Part shown: positions 46,917 through 58,678 of the stretch, piece after piece | Position numbering within the stretch: position 1 is the first letter of the stretch | Layout of the letters: each line of letters opens with the position of its first letter | Notes under the pieces: model-generated | What the model saw: only the letters and a program-made list of their open reading frames with translations | The model's database searches: none | What the model was told of the DNA's origin: nothing | NCBI GenBank assembly: GCA_002477545.1 | Contig: DLQJ01000007.1 | Span: 19,942 to 83,941, forward strand | From: Patescibacteria group bacterium UBA7435 | GTDB taxonomy: Bacteria > Patescibacteriota > Minisyncoccia > Phycocordibacterales > UBA918 | Direction of reading: 5' to 3' | DNA length: 64,000 bases | Made by a program: the position numbers and the translations under genes

Positions 46917-49628
46917 TTACTTCCCTTCGTAGAAAAAGAGTTTTCCTAGCTCGATAGTGACCAGAGAAAGAAGACTTGCTCCCACTGCATATCCAATAAG
47001 ATTCCACGGCAGTGGTGTGTACGAAAGAAGGTATTGGAAGAACGGTACGGTAAGTACTACGGCCAACATACATACACTAATCAAGAATGAACCAACAAAG
47101 AAAAGGTTGGTATGTAGCGGGATTTTCCATATCGGTACAGTAAGTGATCTAAATGCGAATGAGATAAACAGTGAGTCCATCGAAATAGCAAGGAACATAA
47201 CACTTCGTAACTCTGCCAATGGCAATTCTAGATATTGTAGATACAAATATAGTGAGATGGTAATAGCACTCAAGACAGTGATAACAAATACCATAAACCA
47301 AACCATATGCTTTGAAAGTAAACCTTCTTCGTGAATATCAAACGGCTTACGCTTCATTGCATTTTTATCTCCCTTCTCGAAAGCAAACGCAACACTCATT
47401 AACCCCTCTTCGATCATATTTGCCCAGAGAATCTGTGCAGGAAGAATTGGTACAGCTGAAGATGTCAGCAATGCGGTGGCAATAAGCGCAACCTCACTCA
47501 AACTCGTTGAAAGTAAGTACCCCACAATCTTCCGAAGGTTTGCGGTAATACGGCGTCCTTCTTCAATAGCAGCATAGATAGTTTCAAAACTATCATTAAC
47601 CAAAACTAAATCAGAGGCTTCCTTGGCAACTTCAGTACCTGAGCCAATTGCAATACCAATGTTCGCACGGCGTAGGGCAGGAGCATCATTTATTCCGTCA
47701 CCAGTCATCGCAACAATCTCACCTTTTTGTTGCAATACAATAGCAATACGCATTTTTTGTTTTGGCAGTATGCGGGCAAAAACACTCACTGTGGTGAGAG
47801 CCTCGATAAGTTCTTCGTCTGAGAGCTGTGCCAAATCATCTCCGGTAAGAGCCACATCATCGGGTCCTGCGATACCTACATGCTGTGCGATAGACAATGC
47901 TGTCTGTGGATTGTCTCCTGTGATAAGTACCACGTTCGCACCTGCCGATTGCACGCCTTCAATAGCATGTTCAACGCCCTCTCGTAATGGATCGTCAATA
48001 ATTAAAACTCCTGCAAACACAAGATCTTCGAGTAGTGTCGGTTCAGTTTCAGGAATATCATCGTACTGAACCTTTTTATACCCAACGGCAATCAAACGCT
48101 TTCCTTCGTGGGTATATTTTGCAATCGCTTGTGAAAGGTGCAATTTTGCTTCATCATGAAATACTTCAATTCCAGACTCATGAACAATTGACGTTGCATG
48201 CTTAATAAGCGTCTCAGGTGAACCATTAACACACAATCGAAAACCATCTACTTCTTCAGATAATCCAGCTGCAAAGCGATTCTCCGAAGTAAACGAAAGA
48301 TAATCAATGCGGTTAGATCGCAAACTTCCCTTTTTCTCATCAATATCTAAAGAAGCCGCAGACTCCAAGATTGCTCGTTCAACTGCCTCTCCTCGTATAA
48401 CACGTTCGTGCGTTGCTACGTCTGTATATGCATCGGCAGCTGATAGGGACACATCAAATAGTTCATATACATCATCGACATTTGAAAAATCTTCTTGATC
48501 AACATATTTATTTTCTTCAAGTAGAACACCAGTTACTGCCATTGTCGCTTGGGTAAGTGTACCGGTCTTATCAGTTAGTACATATGTGGTTGAACCAAGT
48601 GTTTCTGCAGCCAGCAGGTTTCTCACTAGTCCACCGCGAGTAAGCAGTGCCTCCATCCCTACAGCAAGAATAATAGTCACCGCAGCAGGAAGTCCTTCAG
48701 GAATAGCAGCAACTGCAATGGCAATAGACATCAGTAACATGTCATGTAGCGTCTGATCTTGGAAAAGACCAATCACAAAAATAAAGACCACCAGTGCTCC
48801 AATGATGTAGAGCATAATTGCAGAAAGTTTTTTCATTTCCTCCTGCAGTGGTGTTCTCACCTCTTCAACCATATGTACACTCGCTGCCAATACACCCACC
48901 GCAGTATCGTCTCCAAGAGCCACAACAACTCCCTGTGCGTACCCCTCAGACACAAACGTTCCCATCCATGCCATAGAGGAACGTTCAGCAAATGGTGTCC
49001 CCACCGCAACTGCATCAATACTCTTATCTACCGGCATCCACTCCCCCGTAAGAGCTGCTTCGTTTACCGTGAGTTTTTTACACCGAATCAAACGCACATC
49101 TGCTGGTACTTGTGTACCCGCAGTTAAAACCACCACATCACCTATAACAACCTCTACTGCTTCGATTTGATGTTTCCTGCCATTACGAATGACGGTTGCA
49201 GTGCGTACTTGTGACTGTGCAAGCTTCTGGAATGCTCGTGATGCTTTTCCTTCTTGCAATACTCCAACAAAAACAGCAACACATAATGCCAACGCGATAA
49301 CACCAGCATCCACATATTCTCCAAGCGCTATGGTAATAGCAAACGCAAGTACCAGCACGTACACCAGCGGACTTTTAAACTGCCCCGCAAAGCGATCGAC
49401 AAAGGTCTCTTCTTTACTTGGAGTAAAACTATTTGAAGGTCCCTCTTTTTGTCGCTTCCGGACTTCGCTTGTAATCAGACCATCATCAGTAGATCCAACA
49501 ACAGTAAGTACCTCACGAGGATCGTGCGCGTGATACGCATACGACTTTTCCTGTAGCTTCGTGGCATGCACCACGTGTACGTTTGGGTCTTTTGGAGAAC
49601 TCGACATAATGGTAGTATAGCAAGACAC
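46917..49628 (-). CDS. P-type cation-transporting ATPase (P2-type, Ca2+/Mg2+ family)
   Basis: 'DKTGTLT', 'TGDN' and 'GDGINDAPAL'. About 10 TM helices. Confidence 0.85.
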   Translation of the reverse strand: MSCYTTIMSSSPKDPNVHVVHATKLQEKSYAYHAHDPREVLTVVGSTDDGLITSEVRKRQKEGPSNSFTPSKEETFVDRFAGQFKSPLVYVLVLAFAITIALGEYVDAGVIALALCVAVFVGVLQEGKASRAFQKLAQSQVRTATVIRNGRKHQIEAVEVVIGDVVVLTAGTQVPADVRLIRCKKLTVNEAALTGEWMPVDKSIDAVAVGTPFAERSSMAWMGTFVSEGYAQGVVVALGDDTAVGVLAASVHMVEEVRTPLQEEMKKLSAIMLYIIGALVVFIFVIGLFQDQTLHDMLLMSIAIAVAAIPEGLPAAVTIILAVGMEALLTRGGLVRNLLAAETLGSTTYVLTDKTGTLTQATMAVTGVLLEENKYVDQEDFSNVDDVYELFDVSLSAADAYTDVATHERVIRGEAVERAILESAASLDIDEKKGSLRSNRIDYLSFTSENRFAAGLSEEVDGFRLCVNGSPETLIKHATSIVHESGIEVFHDEAKLHLSQAIAKYTHEGKRLIAVGYKKVQYDDIPETEPTLLEDLVFAGVLIIDDPLREGVEHAIEGVQSAGANVVLITGDNPQTALSIAQHVGIAGPDDVALTGDDLAQLSDEELIEALTTVSVFARILPKQKMRIAIVLQQKGEIVAMTGDGINDAPALRRANIGIAIGSGTEVAKEASDLVLVNDSFETIYAAIEEGRRITANLRKIVGYLLSTSLSEVALIATALLTSSAVPILPAQILWANMIEEGLMSVAFAFEKGDKNAMKRKPFDIHEEGLLSKHMVWFMVFVITVLSAITISLYLYLQYLELPLAELRSVMFLAISMDSLFISFAFRSLTVPIWKIPLHTNLFFVGSFLISVCMLAVVLTVPFFQYLLSYTPLPWNLIGYAVGASLLSLVTIELGKLFFYEGK

Positions 49629-49674
49629 AACGGTAATTTTCTTACATATCTACAAATTAACGCACAACTAACTT

Positions 49675-50127
49675 ATGACACTACACGAACAAGTAAAATC
49701 TCAGTTAAAGGATGCAATGAAAGCAAAGGACGAAGTACGACTGCGGGTTGTGCGCGGATTAATGACTGCGTTTATGAACGATTTAGTTGCAAACGGCAAA
49801 ACTCCTCAGGATATACTTTCTGACGATGAAGCACTTGCAGTCATTAAGCGTTCTGCAAAACAACGTAAAGAATCAATCACACAATACGAAGCAGCAGATC
49901 GACCTGAACTAGCTGTACCCGAAAAAGAAGAACTTATCGTGCTTGAAGAATATCTTCCGCAGCTGCTCTCGCAGGATGCCATTCGTCCTATCGCAGAAGC
50001 AAAGAAAACTGAGCTCGGTATAGATGACAAAGCAAAGATGGGGATCCTCATTGGTGCAGTTATGAAGGAACTAGGAGGAACTGCAGACGGAGGTGATGTG
50101 AAGGCAGTAGTAGAATCACTTTTTTAA
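49675..50127 (+). CDS. GatB/YqeY-domain protein
   Basis: 'LKDAMKAKDEVRLRVVRGL' YqeY N-terminus. Confidence 0.75.
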   Translation: MTLHEQVKSQLKDAMKAKDEVRLRVVRGLMTAFMNDLVANGKTPQDILSDDEALAVIKRSAKQRKESITQYEAADRPELAVPEKEELIVLEEYLPQLLSQDAIRPIAEAKKTELGIDDKAKMGILIGAVMKELGGTADGGDVKAVVESLF

Positions 50128-50128
50128 T

Positions 50129-50395
50129 ATGGGTTCAGAAGCTTTTAACAAAAAACCAAAAGCCGTTAATGAAGCAGTAAAAGCTGCGGATCATGAACGA
50201 CTTTCTGCTATGGGCAAAAAAGGAGCTGAAGTCGCAAACACAAACCGTGATCTAAAAAATGCATCCGAGAAGGCGCGGGAAGAATTGAAACAGATACAGC
50301 GTGAGATTGAAGAACAGGAACGTGCAATGTCAGCAAATGAACACATCATTGATCCAGATGGAAACGATCAGGACTACTCAAAAGAGGCAGACTAA
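50129..50395 (+). CDS. Hypothetical small hydrophilic protein
   Basis: 88-aa ORF followed by a 17-bp-stem terminator. Confidence 0.4.
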   Translation: MGSEAFNKKPKAVNEAVKAADHERLSAMGKKGAEVANTNRDLKNASEKAREELKQIQREIEEQERAMSANEHIIDPDGNDQDYSKEAD

Positions 50396-50436
50396 AAACT
50401 AAAACTGTACAACGTGCTGTACAGTTTTAGTTTTTA
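50394..50436 (+). terminator. Rho-independent terminator (long stem)
   Basis: 'ctaaaactgtaca-acgtgc-tgtacagttttag' followed by TTTTT. Confidence 0.7.
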
Positions 50437-50602
50437 TGGTATAAAAGTACTAGCAGAAATAAAGTACAGGACGAAAAAATGCGCATATTCACATACAAGG
50501 GTCGTTCTTTTAAAACAGACGGCTCTAAGGTCATTTACGGATCACACGAAATCAAACCACTTCCATTAGGCCTCGCAGAAGCAGCTAGTTTACCTACTCC
50601 AT

Positions 50603-50983
50603 GTGAAGTCATTGACATTGGTGACACCCATGATCGATGACCTTGATCGACTGAGAATCGCTTGTAAAATAGTTCAAAAGGAACGACAAAATTCTGAAGT
50701 AATAGAGCTAGAACATACGGTTCCCATTCATGGAATCACTCTTACTAAACTCTTAACAGCGGTAACACAAATAAACGCTGTGTACCACAAGAGAAAAAAA
50801 GAGCGTAAAAAACCTGATTTTGAAGAAATTGTCGAGGATCATGTCCTTCAAATTTTTAAATCAGAGGAAGCGTGTGCTATTGCTAAACACATTTTGTGTC
50901 ATTTCTTTACATGGAGGAGACACAAAGCGTTATCTAAGCGAGCACACACTATTGCATTAGAGATGGAGCTGATACTTCTCTAA
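50603..50983 (+). CDS. Hypothetical protein
   Basis: 126-aa ORF. No motif recognised. Confidence 0.3.
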   Translation: MKSLTLVTPMIDDLDRLRIACKIVQKERQNSEVIELEHTVPIHGITLTKLLTAVTQINAVYHKRKKERKKPDFEEIVEDHVLQIFKSEEACAIAKHILCHFFTWRRHKALSKRAHTIALEMELILL

Positions 50984-51078
50984 AAATAATCGAGCTGGGC
51001 AGACATTGCCCAGCTTTTACTTTACTTATCTAATAAATAGCGTTAAATGTAAATAGATGCTGCCGGAAAGGAGGTACT

Positions 51079-51279
51079 TTGTTTCGCATTGATGATGATT
51101 TACTCACTGAAGATGAACGATCGGAATTTCCAATATATTTTCCTAATGCAGGCAAAACATATCGTGAAGCAAAAATTTTTGCAGATCGGTTGTATTCATT
51201 TGGGTTAGTTGGGAAGATTTTTAGAAAAAAACGACATAAACATAAAGTGTACTATCTTGTTTTAGAATTATACGAGTAA
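51079..51279 (+). CDS. Hypothetical small protein
   Basis: 66-aa ORF. Confidence 0.25.
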   Translation: MFRIDDDLLTEDERSEFPIYFPNAGKTYREAKIFADRLYSFGLVGKIFRKKRHKHKVYYLVLELYE

Positions 51280-51332
51280 TGTACGCAGCGAGGCACTTGA
51301 GCTCCCGACACAGATTGTGTTGGGGGTTTTAT

Positions 51333-52031
51333 TTATATGTTTTCCAACAAAACAGCCTCTGTAATAGAAAAATCACCAACCTTCGTCCTTCGCAATGCTT
51401 GTAGTGTTGCAGGGTACCCCAGTCTCTTCCCAAGTTCCTCTCCAAGCGAACGAACATACACACCACTTGCCACTGCAAAGCGCACCGTCACCACTAGTCG
51501 AGCTTTACCCGAAACTATGATGTTTGCACTATCTAAAACCTCTGCTTCGTACACCGTCATTTCTCTCACGGGAACATCGGTAATCACTTCCCCTTTCTTT
51601 TCAGCTTCACGGGCTCGTTTGTACATCGGCTTCCCTTCTTTCTTAATTGCACTATAGGCCGAGACAGGGAGCGTTAGCGTTCCAACCATACTCGCAACAA
51701 CATTTTTGATTGTTTCTTCCGAAATTTGGTCAACCTCTTTTTCTGCAACAATTGCTCCTTCGAGATCGCCGGTAGTGCGCTGTTCTCCAATGCGTACCTC
51801 TGCAGTATACTCCTTATCAAGTTTCACTAACTCAGTGAGCTTCTTGGTACCCTTCCCCACACCAAGAATCATTAAGCCAGTAGCTAAGGGATCGAGAGTT
51901 CCTGCATGCCCCACTTTCAAACGACCTTCACCTCCCTCTTCTTTGTGCCGACGACGTAGTGCACGAATAATATCAAAAGACGTCATCTCTAACGGCTTAT
52001 CAATCAGGAGTATTTCGGGTAGTTCTAACAT
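51333..52031 (-). CDS. truB: tRNA pseudouridine(55) synthase
   Basis: 'GHAGTLDPLATGLMILGVGKGTK'. Confidence 0.9.
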   Translation of the reverse strand: MLELPEILLIDKPLEMTSFDIIRALRRRHKEEGGEGRLKVGHAGTLDPLATGLMILGVGKGTKKLTELVKLDKEYTAEVRIGEQRTTGDLEGAIVAEKEVDQISEETIKNVVASMVGTLTLPVSAYSAIKKEGKPMYKRAREAEKKGEVITDVPVREMTVYEAEVLDSANIIVSGKARLVVTVRFAVASGVYVRSLGEELGKRLGYPATLQALRRTKVGDFSITEAVLLENI

Positions 52032-52050
52032 CCCGCTAGACTAGCACATC

Positions 52051-53004
52051 CTACAAAAAGTCTACAAGTTTCAGTATAAAGAAGGCGAAGAATAGGAGCA
52101 TCATCATACCTTCCCATCGCATAATCTGGCGGGCCAAGCCATTTACAAAGAAAATAGCAGACGCAGCAAGTAAGATACCCAGACCAAGTTGCATCACAAC
52201 CGCATCAGCAATCAGCGGTGTAATCAATCCAGGAATACCAATCACCACCAGAATGTTAAATGCATTTGATCCAAAAATATTACCGATAGCAAGTTCAGCC
52301 TCTCCTGTTTTAATTGCGTTGATTGATACAAATAATTCAGGTAGCGATGTACCAAGTGCGATTGCACCAATAGAAACTAAACCTAGAGGAACCGACATTA
52401 CCGTTGCAATATTAACCACCATGTCTACCGTGTAGTTTGCACCTACAAGCACCGCAAGAATACCAATGAGAATTAAGGCAATTGATTTTCCCTTCAGATG
52501 TTCATGACGACCCTTCTTCTGCAACTCAACCGAGTCCTCAGTGCGAGCTTCAACAAATAGATACCACATATATGCAGCAAATGTTCCAAGTAGAAGCATC
52601 GCTTCAAGTCGATCCACTGTACCATCGTACACCACAGCAATGAAGTGTGTGGTTGCGATAAAGAAAATTGGAAGTTCAGTCTTAATCAAGTCCCGTTTAA
52701 TTACCACCCTTCCTCCAATAGTCGCAAGGACACCGACCACCAAAAGAATATTGGTAATGTTCGACCCAACTGCGTTAGCAAGTACGATTTCAGTTGATCC
52801 TTCAAGTGCTGCAGCAATTGATGATGCCAGTTCCGGTAATGACGTACCAAACCCTACGATAAGTACCCCGATAGCAAACTTGCTCATTCCCAACGACGCC
52901 CCTACCTGCTTAGCACCAACTACGAACATATCCGCTCCACGCACCAATGCAAAAAGTGCTGCAGCAAGGTATAACGTCCATATGCCAATCTGAATCCATT
53001 CCAT
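52051..53004 (-). CDS. CaCA-family Na+/Ca2+ (cation/Ca2+) antiporter
   Basis: Two alpha-repeats, 'GTSLPELASSI' and 'GTSLPELFVSI'. Start set at MEWIQIG. Confidence 0.8.
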   Translation of the reverse strand: MEWIQIGIWTLYLAAALFALVRGADMFVVGAKQVGASLGMSKFAIGVLIVGFGTSLPELASSIAAALEGSTEIVLANAVGSNITNILLVVGVLATIGGRVVIKRDLIKTELPIFFIATTHFIAVVYDGTVDRLEAMLLLGTFAAYMWYLFVEARTEDSVELQKKGRHEHLKGKSIALILIGILAVLVGANYTVDMVVNIATVMSVPLGLVSIGAIALGTSLPELFVSINAIKTGEAELAIGNIFGSNAFNILVVIGIPGLITPLIADAVVMQLGLGILLAASAIFFVNGLARQIMRWEGMMMLLFFAFFILKLVDFL

Positions 53005-53107
53005 ATTGTGCCCATTGTACAGCACTTCTTGTTTTAAACACGCATATACTAAGGATAAATATAAAAACACAGGCAAAGCCTGTGTTTTTATACCCCTCTA
53101 GATAGCG

Positions 53108-54475
53108 CTACTGAAATAGGTACAAAAAGTCTCCGTACCCCTCATTCTCCATGTCTGCCAATGGCACAAATCGTAATGAAGCTGAGTTCATACAGTACCG
53201 GACACCACCAAGTTCAGGTGGAGCATCATTAAATACGTGCCCTAAGTGCGAATCGGCAATTACTGAACGGATTTCGGTTCGCTTCTTAAGCAAGACATAA
53301 TCATCATGTTCAGTAACGAGACTAAATTCGATAGGTCGCGTGAACGAAGGCCATCCTGTACCTGAATCAAATTTATGGGTTGATGAGAACAAAGGTTCAC
53401 CTGAAACGATGTCAACGTAAATACCATCTTCATGATTATCCCAATATTCATTACTAAATGAACGCTCAGTCCCGTTCTTCTGCGTTACTTTGTATTGAAT
53501 AGCGTTTAATGTTTCCTGAAGTGTCGCATCAGTGGGTTTTACAAAGTTACTCCATGTATCAGTACTGCTATTGGTTTGTGCAGTTCGCCACGAAAGTGAA
53601 GCTGATGTATCAGTTGGCCAGTATTTATCAATGAACGCATCACGTCCAGATGCTTTACGGTAAAAACCATACTTCAACTTTGAGAGTGTACCTTTATAGT
53701 AATCTTGATGAAAGTCTTCAGCAGGCCAAAAGGTTGGTCGTTGCATCACATCAACGGCCAATGGTGCGTCGTACGGACCAAACTCATCTATCTCAGCAAT
53801 CAGATCCTCAATAATTTTCTTTTCAGCATCATTCTCGTAGTACAGTGCTGTTGAGTAGTAATCACCTCTATCACCAAACGAACCATCATCGTCAGTAGGA
53901 TCAGTGTGCTTGAGTGTATAAATAAGAATTTCCTCGTAGGTAACAACCATTGGATTAAAAATAACTTCAGCTACTTCTCGGTGACCATTTTTGTTGTAAT
54001 CACTGTATGTTGGATTTTCATTAGTTCCGTCAGCATATCCTGAAACCACCTCTAGTACTCCAGGAAGCTTCTCAAGGTCAGCTTCAACACACCAGAAACA
54101 TCCTCCCGCCACCAGTACGGTGTCTACTGTAATATCATCTGTGTCCACAGAAATATTGGCTGCAATCATACTGTCTCCTTCTGGTTCAGTATTTAATACC
54201 ACCTGAGTGTCACTGGAAACGTCTTCCGTCGCATTCTCAGTTTCCGTTTCGTGTTCATCTTCCATCTGATCATTCTCGTGTTCCATTTCAGCCTCAAGAA
54301 GATCAGAATCAGACATTTGTACACCTTCTTGTTCAGTAAAGGCATCTAAGACCGCGCGTTCAGTAGCATTCTCTTGCTGAGTACCACCACGCATCATATC
54401 GCTTCCCATTAAGAAAGTGACGCCTCCTACACCAATAACCAATACAGCAACGCTTACGAGTACTTTATATTTCAT
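53108..54475 (-). CDS. msrAB: Bifunctional methionine sulfoxide reductase MsrA-MsrB with N-terminal TM anchor and acidic linker
   Basis: MsrA 'GGCFWCVEA' and MsrB '[11 protein letters not shown]' with 'GHVFND'. Confidence 0.9.
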   Translation of the reverse strand: MKYKVLVSVAVLVIGVGGVTFLMGSDMMRGGTQQENATERAVLDAFTEQEGVQMSDSDLLEAEMEHENDQMEDEHETETENATEDVSSDTQVVLNTEPEGDSMIAANISVDTDDITVDTVLVAGGCFWCVEADLEKLPGVLEVVSGYADGTNENPTYSDYNKNGHREVAEVIFNPMVVTYEEILIYTLKHTDPTDDDGSFGDRGDYYSTALYYENDAEKKIIEDLIAEIDEFGPYDAPLAVDVMQRPTFWPAEDFHQDYYKGTLSKLKYGFYRKASGRDAFIDKYWPTDTSASLSWRTAQTNSSTDTWSNFVKPTDATLQETLNAIQYKVTQKNGTERSFSNEYWDNHEDGIYVDIVSGEPLFSSTHKFDSGTGWPSFTRPIEFSLVTEHDDYVLLKKRTEIRSVIADSHLGHVFNDAPPELGGVRYCMNSASLRFVPLADMENEGYGDFLYLFQ

Positions 54476-54490
54476 ACATTAACTATAGCT

Positions 54491-54970
54491 TTATATACCT
54501 TCTACTACGCTTTGTTTTTGAACATCTTTCAATTTTTCAAGACGCACATACGACATCCCGCCCAATTCAATTGCGCGCAATTCTCGTATATGCGTCTGAT
54601 AATCAGGGATTTGTTGGGCAACCAAATTCCAAAATTGCTGACCGTGATTCAATTCTGCTAAATGACACAACTCGTGCACGATGATGTAGTCCTGCAGATG
54701 TTCTGGGAGAAACAGAATTTTATAACTAAAATTTAGATTACCTAGGGACGTACAACTCCCCCAGCATCGTCGTTGGTTACGTATCGAAACGCGGTTGTAT
54801 TGTAGATTATAAAACTGATTCCAATAAAGAAGCTTTGCCTGAATCACTGCGCGAGCAGTTTCTTTATGCATTACATAATGCTTAGTCACACTACTGGCTC
54901 TTTTTCGTTTTCGTTTTACAATCCAATACATACTTGACGACTTATTGTACCAGAGGGTATAACAATACAT
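54491..54970 (-). CDS. DUF45/YgjP-like zinc metallohydrolase (M48-like)
   Basis: 'IIVHELCHLAELNHGQQFW' HExxH...NH motif and 'WGSC'. Confidence 0.7.
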   Translation of the reverse strand: MYCYTLWYNKSSSMYWIVKRKRKRASSVTKHYVMHKETARAVIQAKLLYWNQFYNLQYNRVSIRNQRRCWGSCTSLGNLNFSYKILFLPEHLQDYIIVHELCHLAELNHGQQFWNLVAQQIPDYQTHIRELRAIELGGMSYVRLEKLKDVQKQSVVEGI

Positions 54971-55263
54971 GGAGGTACATCATGCAAACACAAATTAATG
55001 CCGTCTCGCCTTTTTCCAAAAAGCAAATTAATTTGCCCTTACTTGTCACTCTAGAAATGCGTAGTCAATACTGCAAATTTAGAGTCTATTGGCACAAAAA
55101 AATGAAAGCTTACGTCGCACAATACCAGAATCGTCACAAAACCGAACTGTATGTATCCGATCAGGAGTACCTTGCAATTCTTTCCCATCTTGCTAATGAG
55201 TTTGATGTCCAGATTCTTTTGTTTGTCGTAGAAATAAAAGCTCCACTAAAAGGCACCTCATAG
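54934..55263 (+). CDS. Hypothetical protein with one copy of a novel ~45-aa repeat
   Basis: Shares a 'Y.F.VYWH...(A)YVA.Y' pattern with the next gene. Confidence 0.35.
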   Translation: MTTYCTRGYNNTWRYIMQTQINAVSPFSKKQINLPLLVTLEMRSQYCKFRVYWHKKMKAYVAQYQNRHKTELYVSDQEYLAILSHLANEFDVQILLFVVEIKAPLKGTS

Positions 55264-55350
55264 GTGCCTTTTATATACAAGCAACCTTGATCATCACTCA
55301 AATTAAGCGTATCCTGAAAAAGGAAAAGAAAAAGAAAAGGATGATACATC

Positions 55351-56049
55351 ATGAATGAGGCTGAAATAATCCATATGCTTGGAATGATTGCGAGCAATAC
55401 GCCAACCACACGCACGTTCTTAACAACTATCGTATCTCAAGAAATCAAATACAGTTTTATCGTAAAGTATTGCAGGGGTTCAGGAACTTTTGTTGCAGAA
55501 TTCTCAGGTGATGCACTCAGGGAATCACTTACTCTATTCTACGAAGAGTACGACGAACTTAAGCGTGTAATCCAGCACAACTACGGGATTGGCATAATAA
55601 CCAATGTTTCGTTTTTGGTTGAGGTCAATATATATAACGAAAAATATCTCTTTAATGTATATTGGCATCCACCTCTTGTTGCAATGATCGCATCTTACTC
55701 AGATGGAGCTAAGAACTCATTGATTACTGATCAAGATACCTCAGTAGAAATAGTGAAAATTCTACAAGACCTTTATTACATTGAAGCAATAGAATATGTA
55801 TATGATGCTCACGAAATAACTGAGTTTGAAAAACCGCTCACTTTAGGGTTTGGGTGGCATAAAGATAGCAACACTTTTGTGGCAATGTATATTGGAGAAA
55901 AAAAGAAGCTTTTACTTTCAAAAGAAAACTTCGATGATCTTTCTCAATTCCTTAAAAAGAAATACAATATCCAACGGCTCAAAAACATTTATTGTACTCA
56001 GGGTCACGAGGCCCTAAAGAAGGTACTTGTCATGACTAAAGTTTTGTAA
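55351..56049 (+). CDS. Hypothetical protein with three copies of the same ~45-aa repeat
   Basis: Internal repeats around 'KYCRGSGTFVAEF', 'VYWHPPLVAMIASY' and 'GWHKDSNTFVAMYIG'. Confidence 0.4.
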   Translation: MNEAEIIHMLGMIASNTPTTRTFLTTIVSQEIKYSFIVKYCRGSGTFVAEFSGDALRESLTLFYEEYDELKRVIQHNYGIGIITNVSFLVEVNIYNEKYLFNVYWHPPLVAMIASYSDGAKNSLITDQDTSVEIVKILQDLYYIEAIEYVYDAHEITEFEKPLTLGFGWHKDSNTFVAMYIGEKKKLLLSKENFDDLSQFLKKKYNIQRLKNIYCTQGHEALKKVLVMTKVL

Positions 56050-56061
56050 TTCACAAAACAA

Positions 56062-56094
56062 AAAGCAGCGCTCATGAGCGCTGCTTTTTTATTA
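56062..56094. terminator. Bidirectional terminator
   Basis: 'gcagcgctcatgagcgctgc' flanked by A- and T-runs. Confidence 0.6.
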
Positions 56095-56104
56095 TTTCTT
56101 AGTT

Positions 56105-57601
56105 TTACACATCCAAATCAAGTTCCTTCTCTACATCATCTTCGTTAAGATTAAGCGAATCAGCAATTTCTTCGATGATATCGTCCTCGTCTTCGTCTTC
56201 GTCAAATGTAAACTTCACGTCCACATCAGATTCAAAATACACACGAACTAGGAATGTTGAACCATTAAGTGAGGTAGTTATCTTATCAAGATCCCCATAA
56301 TCAAATTCAACAAGATCTTCAATATCATCTTCGTCCATATCTAATTCATCTGCAATTTCCTCGATAATATCTTCTTCGTCTTCGTCTTCAACAGTGAATT
56401 TTTCATCATCGCCATTGTCATATTCAACTTTCACTCTTGCTTCACCTTCTTTAATGTCTACTTCAATGACATCAATGTCGTCTGAATTGTTGCCACCACC
56501 TCCAATCTCATCAACAGCTTCCTCAGCGAGATCTTCAGCCTCTTCGGCTAATTCTACAGCTTCGTCATATTCTTCGTCATCTAAAGCATCACGTGCCTCA
56601 TTGTATAACTCGCGCGCTTCGTCGTAGAGTTCATCTGCATCGTCAATATCGTCACCATCATCATCTGCTTCCTTAATTTCATCTCGTGCCTTATCGATTG
56701 CTTTATCAGCATCTTCAATTGCATCTTCAGCATCGTTTTCATCTGAATTGTTACTTGATTTTTTTGAATCAAAATCTAAGTCATCTTCATCAATAAGTGA
56801 TCGAACTTCAGATTCTGATGCTCCAAGTTTCTTCGCAATCAATTCAATAAGGTCATCTCCATCCTCAGGGTACAAGATGATATCACGGTTACGTGTACCA
56901 TTTGTCTGGTAACTTCGCACAATATACTCGTCATCGTCATTAGACAACGTAATTGATCGCACTACATTTGATGAAGATATCACTGGTGTAGTTACCGGAG
57001 TCTGGGTTGTAGATGCTCCTGCAACAACTGGTGCGGGTACTGACTTCTTGAGTACGTCTTCTGGATAATTTCCAGCTGGATATGCCGCGAAGAACACCTC
57101 GAGCAATGCTCGAGTCGATGGTCCAACTACCCCTACAGGATCAAGGTTAAAGCGTGACTGAAAGAGTTTAATAGCTTCTTGTGTCTTTGGCCCAAAAAAT
57201 CCAGAAGATACTCCATATGGATAGATATCACTATCAGTCGCCAAAAGTGTCTGTATTTTTTTAATATCATCATTAGTGGAACCGTAGGCAAGATCAGTAC
57301 CAAGCGTACTCCCCGCCTGTGATCCCTGTACTGCAGGAGTTGGTGTTGTTACTGATGTTGAAGAAACTAACGCAACTAATTCAGCCCGAAGTGACTGCAT
57401 TTCCGCAATAATTTGATCAATGCGCTCTAAAGCACCTGATACGTCTTGTGCATTTGCTGTATGTGTCGCAAAGGAAAAACCAAGCATCGCAACCATAAAG
57501 AAAGAAAATAACTGTTTGAACATACCCAAAGATTTAAATAATAGTACCTTTATTATACCTTGGCTGACACAGCCAGCAAATGCACTCGTACACATACCCA
57601 A
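56105..57601 (-). CDS. Secreted peptidoglycan-binding-domain (PG_binding_1-like) protein with highly acidic repeated C-terminal modules
   Basis: Signal peptide, coiled coil, 'IKKIQTLLATDSDIYPYGVSSGFFGPKTQEAIKLFQ', then two or more repeats of '...KFTV/FDEDEDEDDIIEEIAD.L...EDD'. Confidence 0.55.
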   Translation of the reverse strand: MGMCTSAFAGCVSQGIIKVLLFKSLGMFKQLFSFFMVAMLGFSFATHTANAQDVSGALERIDQIIAEMQSLRAELVALVSSTSVTTPTPAVQGSQAGSTLGTDLAYGSTNDDIKKIQTLLATDSDIYPYGVSSGFFGPKTQEAIKLFQSRFNLDPVGVVGPSTRALLEVFFAAYPAGNYPEDVLKKSVPAPVVAGASTTQTPVTTPVISSSNVVRSITLSNDDDEYIVRSYQTNGTRNRDIILYPEDGDDLIELIAKKLGASESEVRSLIDEDDLDFDSKKSSNNSDENDAEDAIEDADKAIDKARDEIKEADDDGDDIDDADELYDEARELYNEARDALDDEEYDEAVELAEEAEDLAEEAVDEIGGGGNNSDDIDVIEVDIKEGEARVKVEYDNGDDEKFTVEDEDEEDIIEEIADELDMDEDDIEDLVEFDYGDLDKITTSLNGSTFLVRVYFESDVDVKFTFDEDEDEDDIIEEIADSLNLNEDDVEKELDLDV

Positions 57602-57649
57602 AAGGCAGCCATATGTGGCTGCCTTTTGGGTTGCGACTTGATTTAGTTT

Positions 57650-58570
<921 letters not shown>

Positions 58571-58678
58571 ATGTAAACTATAATATTAACAATAATATAA
58601 GCGGTGCATCCAAAGTCACACAACATAAACATTGTGTACCTCCTCTTCAATAGTGAAGACGAAGGATCTTGGTCCCTC

